DNA of 64,000 bases, taken from positions 63 through 64,062 of IMG/VR virus record IMGVR_UViG_3300011268_000916; one strand, 5' to 3'. The position numbers and the translations under genes are program-made. Each line of letters begins with the position of its first letter. The first letter of the stretch is position 1. Origin of the DNA: a virus. Shown piece by piece: positions 48,631 to 59,110 of this stretch. The notes under the pieces are model-generated. The model was not told the origin of the DNA. It searched no databases and saw only the letters and a program-made list of their open reading frames with translations.

Positions 48631-51600
48631 ATGGCTAATAGGATTCAATTACGAAGGGGTACATCTACTGAATGGATTCAGTTTAATCCAGTTTTAGCAG
48701 AAGCTGAATTTGGTGTTGAAATTGATACAGGAAGATTTAAGATCGGCGATGGCGCAACTCCATGGCAAACCTTAAAATACGAAAGACCCCTAGAAAGCAC
48801 AGACGCAACTCCAAATACATTAATCCTAAGAGATAGTAACTCTAGTGTTAAGGTAAAAAATATCACACTATCTTTAGGTGGTAAATTATTTGGAACTGCA
48901 ACTACAGCAGATAAGTTTACTACTGCTAGACTTATTGGTGCTGCATCCAGTTCTGACTTAACTGGTTCTGCATCTTTTGATGGAAGTTCTAACTTAGACA
49001 TTAACTTCCAATTAAAGACAATTTTTACTGGAGACACTGGACTTTCATATACCAAATTCAACGTTGATAGTAAGGGAAGAATAACTTCTGCACAGAACCC
49101 AACAACTTTATCTGGATATGGTATTCTTGACGCACAACCTCTAAATGGTATTCTTAGTTCAATATCAACTATTGGTACTGGACTTGGATTTTTAGCTAAA
49201 GTAGAAACAAGTACTGCAAATATATCAAATACAGTTGTAAGAAGTTTAGAAGTTACATCTGGACAACTTACAATAACAAATGCTGCTGGTACTGCGGCAA
49301 ATCCTATACTTGGATTAGCGAATACTACTGTAACATCTGGTTCGTATAACACTGAAAGTTTAACTTCTGCATCTGGAGATGCAACTGTAAATACGGTTAA
49401 ATTTACAGCTGATCAATATGGAAGATTTACATCAGCAACTACAATTCCTATTGCAACAGCATCAGAAACTCAAAAAGGACTTGCTTCTTTCAATTCGGAA
49501 GATTTCGATGTTTCTGCATCAGGTGTGGTTACTATTGCTTCTCAGGGTGTAGATAATGATCAATTGCAGAATCCAAAAATTGTTATAGGTACTACTGATT
49601 ATGTTCTTGGTACAACTTATACTGGTTTCACTACTATTAGTGATCTTACAGTTGATACTGATACTTTATATGTAGATAAAGTAAACCATAGACTTGGCAT
49701 TGGTACTACTACTCCAGGTAATTTTAAAGTTGATATTTCAGGTACTGGTAGAATCAGTGGTGTGTTATCATCAACTCAGTCTGGCCAGAGACCAATCTGG
49801 TCTTCGTTTGGAGTTGCAAGCACTGCTGAATCTGGATCTTCACCATTCTCAGTCCTTAGTACTAGAAAGGTAACAAACTTAAACGTTGACTTCCTTGATG
49901 ATCTAACATCTTTAGATTTTCTAAGAAGAACAGATGATTTTAATAATGCAAATAACGAAGGAAATCAATATATTGCAACTAACTTCTGGATTGATGCAAC
50001 TAATGTAACTGTTCAAGATCCTATCATAGACATTGGTGGCGGTGCAAAAGGAATATCTTTAACTTCAAATGACAGTAAGGATAGAGGTCTAACTCTTCAA
50101 TATTATAGTGGATCATCAAAAAGAGCCTTCGTTGGATGGGATAATTCCAGCGGAGGTTTTGCTTTAGTTAGAGATGTTACAGTATCTGGAGAGGTAATTC
50201 AAGGTTCATCTATATACGCTAATTTAGACGTTGGCGCAACTACACTTAGAAATGGATCTTTCACCATTAAGACGAGTGGAACAGGTGCAGGCACCTTGGC
50301 GGCTACTGGAGAAATAACTACCTTTACTGTAGCACATGCAACTGGAAATACTTCTATTTCTGGAACTCTTGGTGTTACTGGAGATGTATCAATAAACACC
50401 AATAAATTTAATATTACTGCGTCTTCAGGTAACACTTCTATTGCTGGAACATTAACCGTAACAGATAATGTAACTCTAAACAAAAATGTAACTATTGTAG
50501 GATCAGATACTGACTCATCAGAATTCTTTAAGATTCAAAATGGATCTGCAGTCGATAAGTTTGTTGTAGATTCTTCCTCTGGTAATACTGACATCGAAGG
50601 AATATTAGATGTTTTAGGAAATGTAAATATCAATACTAACAAGTTTAATATTATTGCTTCCTCAGGTAACACTTCTATTGCTGGAACTCTTGGTGTTACT
50701 GGAGCAACTACTCTATCTTCAACTCTAGATGTAACTGGCAATGTATTCGTAAACAGCAATAAGTTTATGATTACTGCATCAACAGGTAACACTTCTATTG
50801 CTGGAACTCTTGGTGTTACTGGTGCAACTACTTTATCTTCGACTCTTGGTGTTACTGGAAACACAACTTTAACTGGATCATTAACTGCTAATGGAAATGT
50901 AACCCTAGGAGATGCATCTGCAGATACTTTAACTGTCAATGCAACTTCTACATTTAATGCACCTGTAACTCTTGCATCAAGTCAAAATCTAACAGTAGGT
51001 GGAGATCTAACTGTAACTGGAAATGTTACAGTTAATGGAACTACAACTACAGTAAATTCAACAACTATTACGGTTGATGATAAAAATATTGAATTGGGAT
51101 CAGTCGCATCTCCAACAGATGTTACAGCTGATGGCGGCGGAATAACACTTAAAGGCACCACAGATAAAACTATTAATTGGATTGATTCTACAGATGCTTG
51201 GACTTCATCTGAACATTGGAATCTCGCAAATGGAAAAGAATATAGAATCAATGGAACTGCAGTAATTGATTCATCAAGAAATATTTTAAATATTATCAAT
51301 CACACGATGAGTGGTAATATTACAGTAAACACAAATAAATTTACCGTCGAAGGATCTTCTGGTAATACTTCTGTTGCAGGTACTTTAGGTGTTACTGGAG
51401 CAACTACTCTATCTTCAACTTTAATTGTCACTGGTAATACCACTTTACAGGGCACTCTAGGAGTAACTAATCTAGCAACGTTTAACAATGGAGTAACCAT
51501 TGCAGGATCTACTAGTGCTGCATCAGAATACTTTAGAATTACTGATGGTGCTGTTACTCCAGTAACCAAGTTTTTAGTAGATTCATCTTCTGGTAATACT

Positions 51601-54600
51601 ACGATTGAAGGTACTTTAGGTGTTACTGGAAACGTAAATATTAACACTAATAAATTTCAAATTACTGCATCTTCTGGCAATACTTCTATCGCAGGTACTC
51701 TATCCGTAACAGACAATGTAACTCTAAACAAAAATGTAACTATTGTAGGATCAGATACTTCTGCAACTGAACTATTCAAAATTCAAAATGGATCTGCAGT
51801 CGATAAGTTTGTTGTAGATTCTTCCTCTGGTAATACAACAATTTCTGGTACTCTAGGTGTAACTGGGAACTCAACATTAAGTGGTACATTAGGAGTAACT
51901 GGAGCAACAACTTTATCTTCAACTTTAGTTGTAACTGATAACTCAACATTCAATAAGAATGTAACAATCGTTGGATCTGATAGTGCTTCTGCAGAATTCT
52001 TTAAGATTCAAAATGGATCTGCAGTCGATAAGTTTGTTGTAGATTCATCTTCTGGTAATACTACGATTGAAGGTACTTTAGGTGTTACTGGAAACGTAAA
52101 TATTAATACTAACAAGTTTAATATAATCGCTTCTACAGGTAATACTTCTATCGCAGGTACTTTAGGTGTTACTGGAGATGTTTCAGTCAATACAAATAAA
52201 TTTAATATTACTGCATCTTCAGGTAACACTACAATTGCAGGTACTCTAGCTGTTACTAATTTAGCAACATTTAACAATGGAGTCGTCGTTTCAGGATCTT
52301 CATCTCCTGCAACGGAATACTTCAGAGTAAATGATGGGACTTCTACTAAATTTGAAATTGATAGTGCAACTGGCAACACAACTATTGCTGGAACTCTTGG
52401 TGTTACTGGTGCAACTACTTTATCTTCGACTCTTGGAGTTACTGGAAACTTTGCAGTTAACACTAATAAATTTACTGTCAATGCAACCAGCGGAAATACT
52501 TTAGTTGCTGGTACATTAGATGTTACCAATGATCTTGCAATTGCCACAAACAAGTTTAACGTTGCATCTGCAACTGGTAATACAACTATTGCAGGAACTC
52601 TTAGTGTTACTGGTCTTACAACTTTAAATAACGGACTTACACTTGTTGGATCTAATACTACTCAAACAGAATTTTTCAAAACACAAAATGGCAGTGGCGT
52701 TGATACATTTGTTGTTGACACTTTCTCTGGATCTGGACACTTTGCAGGAACTCTAGGTGTTACTGGTGCCGTAGTTCTTTCATCAACTTTAGGTGTTACT
52801 GGTGTAACTACACTAACTGGTCTTTTAAATGCTAACGGTGGTATTGCAGTTGATACAAACGCATTTACAGTTGCTGATGGAACGGGTAATACTGCAATTG
52901 GAGGTACTCTAGCAGTAACGGGCAACACAACTCTTACAGGAGACCTCGCAGTTAATGGCGCAGACATTACCACAACTGCAACTGGAACAGCGACACTATT
53001 CAATACAAACGCAACCACATTGAATATTGGTGGTGCATCAACAACAGTTTCAATTGGTGCTTTAACTGGAACAACAACAATCAATAATGCAAACACAGTT
53101 GTTACTGGAGATCTTGCTGTTCAGGGTGGAGATATTACATCCAGTTCGACAACGTTTAACCTATTAAACTCTCTAACAACTTTAAACATTGGCACTTCTA
53201 CAGGTACAATTAATATTGGATCTGGTTCATCAACTGCAACTTTCAATAATAACGTTACTGTTTCTGGCAACTTAACAGTTAATGGAACTACAACTACTAT
53301 TAATTCAACAACTATTAGTGTTGATGATAAGAATATTGAGTTGGGTTCTGTTGCAACTCCAACTGATGTTACAGCTGATGGCGGTGGTATCACACTTAAG
53401 GGCGCTACAGATAAGACTTTCAACTGGATTAACTCCACTGCATCTTGGACTTCTTCAGAAAACCTAGAACTTGCATCTGGCAAAGCATTTAGAATCAATG
53501 GAGCTTCTGTACTAAATGCAACTACTTTAGGTTCTGGTGTTACTGCATCTTCATTAACTTCTGTTGGTACTTTAACTGGACTGACAGTTAGTGGAGCTAC
53601 TACAATTAATAATATTACAGTTGCAAGCGGAACTTCCACAATTGCAACTACATCAACTAATGATCTAACATTAACTCCTGGTGGTAAAACTGTAACAAGT
53701 AAGAATTTTGATGTTAATGCAACTCTAACAGTTGTTGGCCAACTGAACGCTGATAACCTCAGACTAGATGGTAACGTACTAAGTTCAACAAACACAAATG
53801 GTAATATTACTCTCACACCAAATGGCGCTGGTATAGTTGAAACTCTTGCTGATGTGAACTTCGGTTCAAGCGGAGATCTATCAACTCTAACAGTTGTTGG
53901 TCAACTAAATGCTGATAACCTGAGACTTGATGGAAATACAATTAGTTCTACAAATGCAAATGGTAACATCACATTAACTCCAAATGGAACTGGAGTTGTT
54001 GAAACTGTAAATGATGTCAACTTTGGTACTTCAGGTGATAACTCAACTCTAACTGTAATTGGACAATTAAATGCTGATAACTTAAGAGTTGATGGTAATA
54101 CTATTAGTTCTACTAATACGAATGGATCAGTAACTGTTACTTCAAATGGAACAGGAACTGTTGTTCTTGGTAATGTAACTGGCGGTACTGCAATCACATA
54201 TGATAGTACAGTTGCATATGATAGTTCAATATCACCTTCTAACGCACCTGTTATTATTCATAAAGATGTTGCAGCAAGAGGTAAATTTGTAATTGACGGT
54301 GATTTATACGTTAAAGGTGCTTTTGCACAAGCTTCTGGTGCTGAAATCACAGCAACTTATATTAGTTTGAATGGTGGTTCTGCTATTAATGGTAGAGAAG
54401 TAACCTTTACAAGTACTGGAATTGCAACTCCCTTTAACTTAGATGCAACTACGGCTTCTAATGGAGGAACTTTCAATCCATCATACGGTTGTAAGTATTT
54501 AATTTCAGTACAAAGAAATTCAGATAATGCCAGAATGATGTTAGAAATGTTAGCTTCTTGGGATGGTGTCGTTGAATATAGTACAAGTTCTGGTGAAATT

Positions 54601-54765
54601 CATACTACTCAATATGCACTAATTGATCCAAACAACTTAGCATATACATTCGATGTTATTTGGGTCAACACTGGAACTAGTGGTATGAGAGCTACATTAA
54701 GAATTAGTAATGTACCTAACGCGGAATCAGTGACCGTTAGAATAGGCAAGATGATGTTAATCTAA
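48631..54765 (+). CDS. Tail fibre protein with an Mtd_N-type N-terminus (2044 aa)
   Basis: IQLRRGT..EW...NPVLAE.E.G.E.DT.RFKIGDG N-terminus; many NTNKF....SGNT.IAGTLGVTG repeats; triple NADNLR.DGN repeat near the C-terminus. Confidence 0.85.
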   Translation: MANRIQLRRGTSTEWIQFNPVLAEAEFGVEIDTGRFKIGDGATPWQTLKYERPLESTDATPNTLILRDSNSSVKVKNITLSLGGKLFGTATTADKFTTARLIGAASSSDLTGSASFDGSSNLDINFQLKTIFTGDTGLSYTKFNVDSKGRITSAQNPTTLSGYGILDAQPLNGILSSISTIGTGLGFLAKVETSTANISNTVVRSLEVTSGQLTITNAAGTAANPILGLANTTVTSGSYNTESLTSASGDATVNTVKFTADQYGRFTSATTIPIATASETQKGLASFNSEDFDVSASGVVTIASQGVDNDQLQNPKIVIGTTDYVLGTTYTGFTTISDLTVDTDTLYVDKVNHRLGIGTTTPGNFKVDISGTGRISGVLSSTQSGQRPIWSSFGVASTAESGSSPFSVLSTRKVTNLNVDFLDDLTSLDFLRRTDDFNNANNEGNQYIATNFWIDATNVTVQDPIIDIGGGAKGISLTSNDSKDRGLTLQYYSGSSKRAFVGWDNSSGGFALVRDVTVSGEVIQGSSIYANLDVGATTLRNGSFTIKTSGTGAGTLAATGEITTFTVAHATGNTSISGTLGVTGDVSINTNKFNITASSGNTSIAGTLTVTDNVTLNKNVTIVGSDTDSSEFFKIQNGSAVDKFVVDSSSGNTDIEGILDVLGNVNINTNKFNIIASSGNTSIAGTLGVTGATTLSSTLDVTGNVFVNSNKFMITASTGNTSIAGTLGVTGATTLSSTLGVTGNTTLTGSLTANGNVTLGDASADTLTVNATSTFNAPVTLASSQNLTVGGDLTVTGNVTVNGTTTTVNSTTITVDDKNIELGSVASPTDVTADGGGITLKGTTDKTINWIDSTDAWTSSEHWNLANGKEYRINGTAVIDSSRNILNIINHTMSGNITVNTNKFTVEGSSGNTSVAGTLGVTGATTLSSTLIVTGNTTLQGTLGVTNLATFNNGVTIAGSTSAASEYFRITDGAVTPVTKFLVDSSSGNTTIEGTLGVTGNVNINTNKFQITASSGNTSIAGTLSVTDNVTLNKNVTIVGSDTSATELFKIQNGSAVDKFVVDSSSGNTTISGTLGVTGNSTLSGTLGVTGATTLSSTLVVTDNSTFNKNVTIVGSDSASAEFFKIQNGSAVDKFVVDSSSGNTTIEGTLGVTGNVNINTNKFNIIASTGNTSIAGTLGVTGDVSVNTNKFNITASSGNTTIAGTLAVTNLATFNNGVVVSGSSSPATEYFRVNDGTSTKFEIDSATGNTTIAGTLGVTGATTLSSTLGVTGNFAVNTNKFTVNATSGNTLVAGTLDVTNDLAIATNKFNVASATGNTTIAGTLSVTGLTTLNNGLTLVGSNTTQTEFFKTQNGSGVDTFVVDTFSGSGHFAGTLGVTGAVVLSSTLGVTGVTTLTGLLNANGGIAVDTNAFTVADGTGNTAIGGTLAVTGNTTLTGDLAVNGADITTTATGTATLFNTNATTLNIGGASTTVSIGALTGTTTINNANTVVTGDLAVQGGDITSSSTTFNLLNSLTTLNIGTSTGTINIGSGSSTATFNNNVTVSGNLTVNGTTTTINSTTISVDDKNIELGSVATPTDVTADGGGITLKGATDKTFNWINSTASWTSSENLELASGKAFRINGASVLNATTLGSGVTASSLTSVGTLTGLTVSGATTINNITVASGTSTIATTSTNDLTLTPGGKTVTSKNFDVNATLTVVGQLNADNLRLDGNVLSSTNTNGNITLTPNGAGIVETLADVNFGSSGDLSTLTVVGQLNADNLRLDGNTISSTNANGNITLTPNGTGVVETVNDVNFGTSGDNSTLTVIGQLNADNLRVDGNTISSTNTNGSVTVTSNGTGTVVLGNVTGGTAITYDSTVAYDSSISPSNAPVIIHKDVAARGKFVIDGDLYVKGAFAQASGAEITATYISLNGGSAINGREVTFTSTGIATPFNLDATTASNGGTFNPSYGCKYLISVQRNSDNARMMLEMLASWDGVVEYSTSSGEIHTTQYALIDPNNLAYTFDVIWVNTGTSGMRATLRISNVPNAESVTVRIGKMMLI

Positions 54766-54793
54766 AAAACTTAAAGGGGGATAGGGAACTCTT

Positions 54794-57700
54794 ATGGCAG
54801 TACAAAATTTTAAGGTTAGAAATAGTATTGATATTCTTGGTAATAGTTTAAATACTACTTCTACAACATTCAATTTAGTAGATTCTACGGTAACCACGTT
54901 AAACATTGGTGGCGCAGCAACAAATATCAATATTGGCGCTACCACAGGTACACTTACAATAGACAATCCAACTGTTGTTGGTGCAGCTGCAACGCAAAAT
55001 TTATTCAATACAGTTGCAACAACATTAAACATTGGTGGTGCAGCAACTTCGTTAAATCTTGGTTCTACTACTGGAACAATAACGATTAATAATCCAACAA
55101 TTGTTGGATCTCAGACAACACAAAATGTTTACAATACGGTTGCGACTATTGTTAATGCATTTGGCGCCGCAACTACATTATCTGTTGGTAACTCTGCTGG
55201 AACTATGACCCTGAGACCAGGGACAGTAGTTGGATCAAATACAACTCAGACTCTTTATAATACTGTAGCTACTACGGTCAATGCATTTGGCGTTGCAGAA
55301 ACAATATTAATCGGTGCGAACAATGCAGGTACTACAACTATTAGAACTGCAACTACCGCAGTGCAAAATGCTCTGACAGTTGGTTCTACTGCTACTGTAA
55401 CAACTTCAACAACATCTCCTATTATTCAAGGTTCAACTGCTAACTCAGGCACGTTAACCATTAGATCAACATCAAGCGCCACCAAACCCACCGGCGGCGT
55501 CCTATTTACCGATGCTATAGCAAGTACGTCAACTACTACTGGAACGGTCGTAGTGACTGGTGGCGTCGGTATAAGCGGTAATCTGAACGTAGGTGGCGAC
55601 ATCACTGCAGATGGAGATATTTTCATCAAAGCAAAAGATGGTTCTGGTGGAACTATTACTCTTGGTCAAGGTGCTGATGATGCTTTAAATATTCAGGCTG
55701 ACATTAGTAGTAATTTACTTCCAGATGGTGCAGCACAAGATATCGGATCATCTACTAAAAAATGGAGAGATATTTTCATTAGCAGAAATGCTGATCTTAC
55801 TACTCTTCTAGTTTCTGGCAATTCTACTTTAACTGGAGATCTTACAGTTAATGGAAATACAACTATAGGAAACGCATCTGGGGACACATTAACTGTCACT
55901 GCAACTCCCACTATCAGTGCAGCAACTCAAATCAATAATACTCTTGCAGTTACTGGTGCAGTCACTCTTAGTGGTGCATCACCAACCATAACAAATGCAA
56001 CTGCAGGTTCTACTGCTTCTATCTTTAACACCACTGTACCAACAATCAATATTGGTGGTGCAGCAACTTCTATTACAATTGGTGCCACTGGTGTTGGATC
56101 TGGTACTACAACGGTTAGAAACAACTTCACTGTTAGTGGTACAACCAACGTTCAAGATTTAAATGTTAATGGAATTTTAAATCTTGCTAGTCAACCATCA
56201 TGGACTGCAAAGGTCATTAACCTTTATGATGTATCTCCTTCTACTGATGCAGCTGCAGATGCAGGTGGAGTTGTTCTAAAAGGTACTACTAATCATAGTA
56301 TCTTATGGTACGACGCAACTGATGCATGGACTTCCACAGAACATTTTGATCTTGCAACTGGTAAACAGTATAGAATTAATGGAACTTCAGTTCTCACATC
56401 AACTACTCTTGGTAGTGGAGTTACGTCTTCCAGTTTAACATCTCTGGGAACTCTAACATCATTAACTTCATCTGGAGTGGTTAGTATTACTAATAATACT
56501 ACAAGGACTATTCCAACAGGAGCAACAATTCCAACTCTTGCTGGTGCATTACAAGTTACTGGTGGTGCTCATATTGGAGAGAATTTTATAGTAAATGGTG
56601 ATCTCAAAGTTTATGGTGCTGCTGTTTATCAAGGTGGCATTGATTATCAAGGTACTCAAACATATTCTGGTAAGATTAGACAAACTAATACTACAGATGC
56701 AACTTCATCTACTGACCAAAATGCATCAATTTCAACTGATGGTGGTGTTGCCATTGCTAAGAAATTATTTGTTGGTGGCACATCAACATTTACAGGTGCA
56801 ATAACAGCAACAGGTGGAGTTTCTGGAAATGCTTCTACTGCAACTGCTTTACAAACAGCAAGAACTATTAATGGAGCTTCATTTGATGGAACTTCTAATA
56901 TCTCATTTAGCACTACTGCAGTATCTGAAGGAACTAACCTCTATTATACCGATGAAAGAGTTGATGATAGAGTAGGTTTATTAATATCTGGTGGAACTGG
57001 AATTACAGCTTCTTATGATGACAACAACAATTTACTTGGATTATCAGTTGACTTTACAGAATTCAGTACAACTAATGTTACAGAGGGCACAAATCTATAC
57101 TATACCAATGAACGTGTAGATGATAGGGTTGACGCACTTATTACAGCTGGTACTGGAATTCAAAAACTTTATGATGATACTCTGAACACTTATACTCTCG
57201 CACTTGATTTTACTGAGTTCAACACATCAAATATTACTGAAAATACTAATCTTTATTTTACAACATCTAGAGCAAGAACATCAATCAGTGTATCTGGATC
57301 TTTGTCTTATGACAGTGCAACTGGCGTCATTTCTTATACAACACCAACAACATCTGGAATTACAGAAGGTACTAACCTTTACTACACTGATGAAAGAGTA
57401 GATGACAGAGTTAATGATTTAATTATTGCAGGAACTGGTATTCAAAAAACATATGATGACACTCTGAATACTTACACTCTTGCACTTGATTTTACTGAGT
57501 TTAATACATCAAATATCACAGAGAATACTAATCTTTACTATACTACTACAAGAGCAAATACTGATATTGATGCTAGAGTGACAAAGACTTTTGTTGAAAA
57601 TTTAGCAATATCCTACACGTCTCTTAGTGACAAACCAACTGATAATTTTGCAGCTGCTCCATACACAACAAATCATGTAACTGCAAATTCAAATCAGTAT

Positions 57701-58285
57701 ATATCTGGGGATGTAGTATATTACAATGGAAACATTTATAAAGCAAAAGCAACAAACGATTCTATTCTTCCAACAAATACTACTTATTGGGATGACTTGG
57801 GTGCTGGTACTAGAATTCAATTGGATTATCTTGACCTGCAAAATAAACCAACTTTATTCAGTGGGTCATATGATGATCTGACTAACAAACCAACTTTATT
57901 CAGTGGGTCATATGATGATCTGACTAACAAACCAACAATTCCTACATCTGGCGTTGATTTTGATCCTGTAGGAACTGATAATTCAACTGATGTAACTTTA
58001 TCTGGAACATATGATTATATAACAATTACGGGTCAAGTAATTACTGTTGGTCAAGTTGATGCGACCACTGATATTTCTGGATTGTCTACAGTTGCAACTA
58101 GTGGGGATTATGATGATCTAACAAATAAACCAACTGCTTTTACTGCTGATAGACTCTCAAATACTGCTGCACCAGCTTCTGCTACATCAACAGGGACAGC
58201 TGGTGAAATTAGATATGATTCTGATTATGTTTACATTTGTATTGCTACTGATACTTGGAAGAGAGCTGCATTATCAACTTGGTGA
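54794..58285 (+). CDS. Second fibre / structural protein (1163 aa)
   Basis: Thr-rich TLNIGGAAT repeats, NLYYTDERVDDRV repeats, YDDLTNKPT repeats, and a C-terminal P.S.T.TG.AGEIRYD..Y.YIC.AT.TWKR motif typical of phage fibre-associated proteins. Confidence 0.8.
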   Translation: MAVQNFKVRNSIDILGNSLNTTSTTFNLVDSTVTTLNIGGAATNINIGATTGTLTIDNPTVVGAAATQNLFNTVATTLNIGGAATSLNLGSTTGTITINNPTIVGSQTTQNVYNTVATIVNAFGAATTLSVGNSAGTMTLRPGTVVGSNTTQTLYNTVATTVNAFGVAETILIGANNAGTTTIRTATTAVQNALTVGSTATVTTSTTSPIIQGSTANSGTLTIRSTSSATKPTGGVLFTDAIASTSTTTGTVVVTGGVGISGNLNVGGDITADGDIFIKAKDGSGGTITLGQGADDALNIQADISSNLLPDGAAQDIGSSTKKWRDIFISRNADLTTLLVSGNSTLTGDLTVNGNTTIGNASGDTLTVTATPTISAATQINNTLAVTGAVTLSGASPTITNATAGSTASIFNTTVPTINIGGAATSITIGATGVGSGTTTVRNNFTVSGTTNVQDLNVNGILNLASQPSWTAKVINLYDVSPSTDAAADAGGVVLKGTTNHSILWYDATDAWTSTEHFDLATGKQYRINGTSVLTSTTLGSGVTSSSLTSLGTLTSLTSSGVVSITNNTTRTIPTGATIPTLAGALQVTGGAHIGENFIVNGDLKVYGAAVYQGGIDYQGTQTYSGKIRQTNTTDATSSTDQNASISTDGGVAIAKKLFVGGTSTFTGAITATGGVSGNASTATALQTARTINGASFDGTSNISFSTTAVSEGTNLYYTDERVDDRVGLLISGGTGITASYDDNNNLLGLSVDFTEFSTTNVTEGTNLYYTNERVDDRVDALITAGTGIQKLYDDTLNTYTLALDFTEFNTSNITENTNLYFTTSRARTSISVSGSLSYDSATGVISYTTPTTSGITEGTNLYYTDERVDDRVNDLIIAGTGIQKTYDDTLNTYTLALDFTEFNTSNITENTNLYYTTTRANTDIDARVTKTFVENLAISYTSLSDKPTDNFAAAPYTTNHVTANSNQYISGDVVYYNGNIYKAKATNDSILPTNTTYWDDLGAGTRIQLDYLDLQNKPTLFSGSYDDLTNKPTLFSGSYDDLTNKPTIPTSGVDFDPVGTDNSTDVTLSGTYDYITITGQVITVGQVDATTDISGLSTVATSGDYDDLTNKPTAFTADRLSNTAAPASATSTGTAGEIRYDSDYVYICIATDTWKRAALSTW
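57845..57936 (+). repeat. Exact 42-bp tandem duplication (KPTLFSGSYDDLTN x2)
   Basis: 57845-57886 is identical to 57887-57928, followed by a partial third copy. Confidence 0.95.
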
Positions 58286-58304
58286 TAATAACTAGGAGGT
58301 AAAA

Positions 58305-59105
58305 ATGGCAACCGTAACATCAAAACAACAATTAAAAGATTATTGCCTTAGACGATTAGGAGCTCCTGTCATCGAAGTTAATGTAGCTTCTGCTCAGGTT
58401 GATGATGCTGTCGATTATACTATCGAAAAATTTGCTCAATTTGGTTATGATGGTGTGACTAGAATGTACTTAAAACATGAGGTCACAGAATCAGAAATTA
58501 CTAGAGCTTTATCCGATGGAACTGAAGTAACTTCACCTGATGGAACTTCACATTATGAAGGTGGTGGATATATTGAAGTTCCAGATTCAGTAGTAGGTAT
58601 TAATGGAATCTTTGATTTTGGGGACAAAAATGCAATGAGTTTCTTTGATATCAGATATCAAATTAGATTAAATGATTTGTATGATTTCACATCTACATCA
58701 TTCACTCATTACTACATCATCATGCAGCAATTATCACAGATTGATTTCTTACTAGTTGGTAAAAAACCAGTAAGATTTACTCAATCTCAGAATAGATTAT
58801 ACATTGATATGGATTGGAGAAATGATATTGCTGCTGGAAAATTTTTAATTATTGATTGTTTTAAGGCATTAGATCCTGATGATTTCACTAAAATTTACAA
58901 CCATCTATGGGTTAAAGATTACTGTACTCAAATGATTAAAAAGTACTGGGGACAGAACATGATCAAGTATGAAGGTGTTCAGTTACCAGGTGGAGTTACT
59001 TTAAATGGACCAAAAATTTATGATGATGCTGTAAATGAATTAGAAAAATTAGATAAACAATTAAGAGATCAATACGAATTACCACCATTAGACATGATCG
59101 GGTAA
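58305..59105 (+). CDS. gp13: Neck protein gp13
   Basis: LKDYCLRRLGAPVIEVNV...QVDD and WG.N.IKY.GVQLPGGVTLNG..IY.DA motifs; strong SD AGGAGGT at 58294-58300. Confidence 0.93.
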   Translation: MATVTSKQQLKDYCLRRLGAPVIEVNVASAQVDDAVDYTIEKFAQFGYDGVTRMYLKHEVTESEITRALSDGTEVTSPDGTSHYEGGGYIEVPDSVVGINGIFDFGDKNAMSFFDIRYQIRLNDLYDFTSTSFTHYYIIMQQLSQIDFLLVGKKPVRFTQSQNRLYIDMDWRNDIAAGKFLIIDCFKALDPDDFTKIYNHLWVKDYCTQMIKKYWGQNMIKYEGVQLPGGVTLNGPKIYDDAVNELEKLDKQLRDQYELPPLDMIG

Positions 59106-59110
59106 CTAAC

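Noticed and set aside
48631-48790. Diversity-generating retroelement suggested by the Mtd_N-type domain
   Set aside because: Mtd_N is only an anchoring domain. There is no reverse transcriptase and no repeat pair differing specifically at adenines in this window.
48678-56913. Many long minus-strand ORFs (Val/Pro/Thr-rich) opposite the two fibre genes
   Set aside because: They are antisense shadows of repetitive Thr/Gly/Ser codons that lack reverse-frame stops, with no start signals or recognisable motifs.
50330-57936. CRISPR array
   Set aside because: The repeats are in-frame coding modules with irregular spacing and no unique spacers of constant length.
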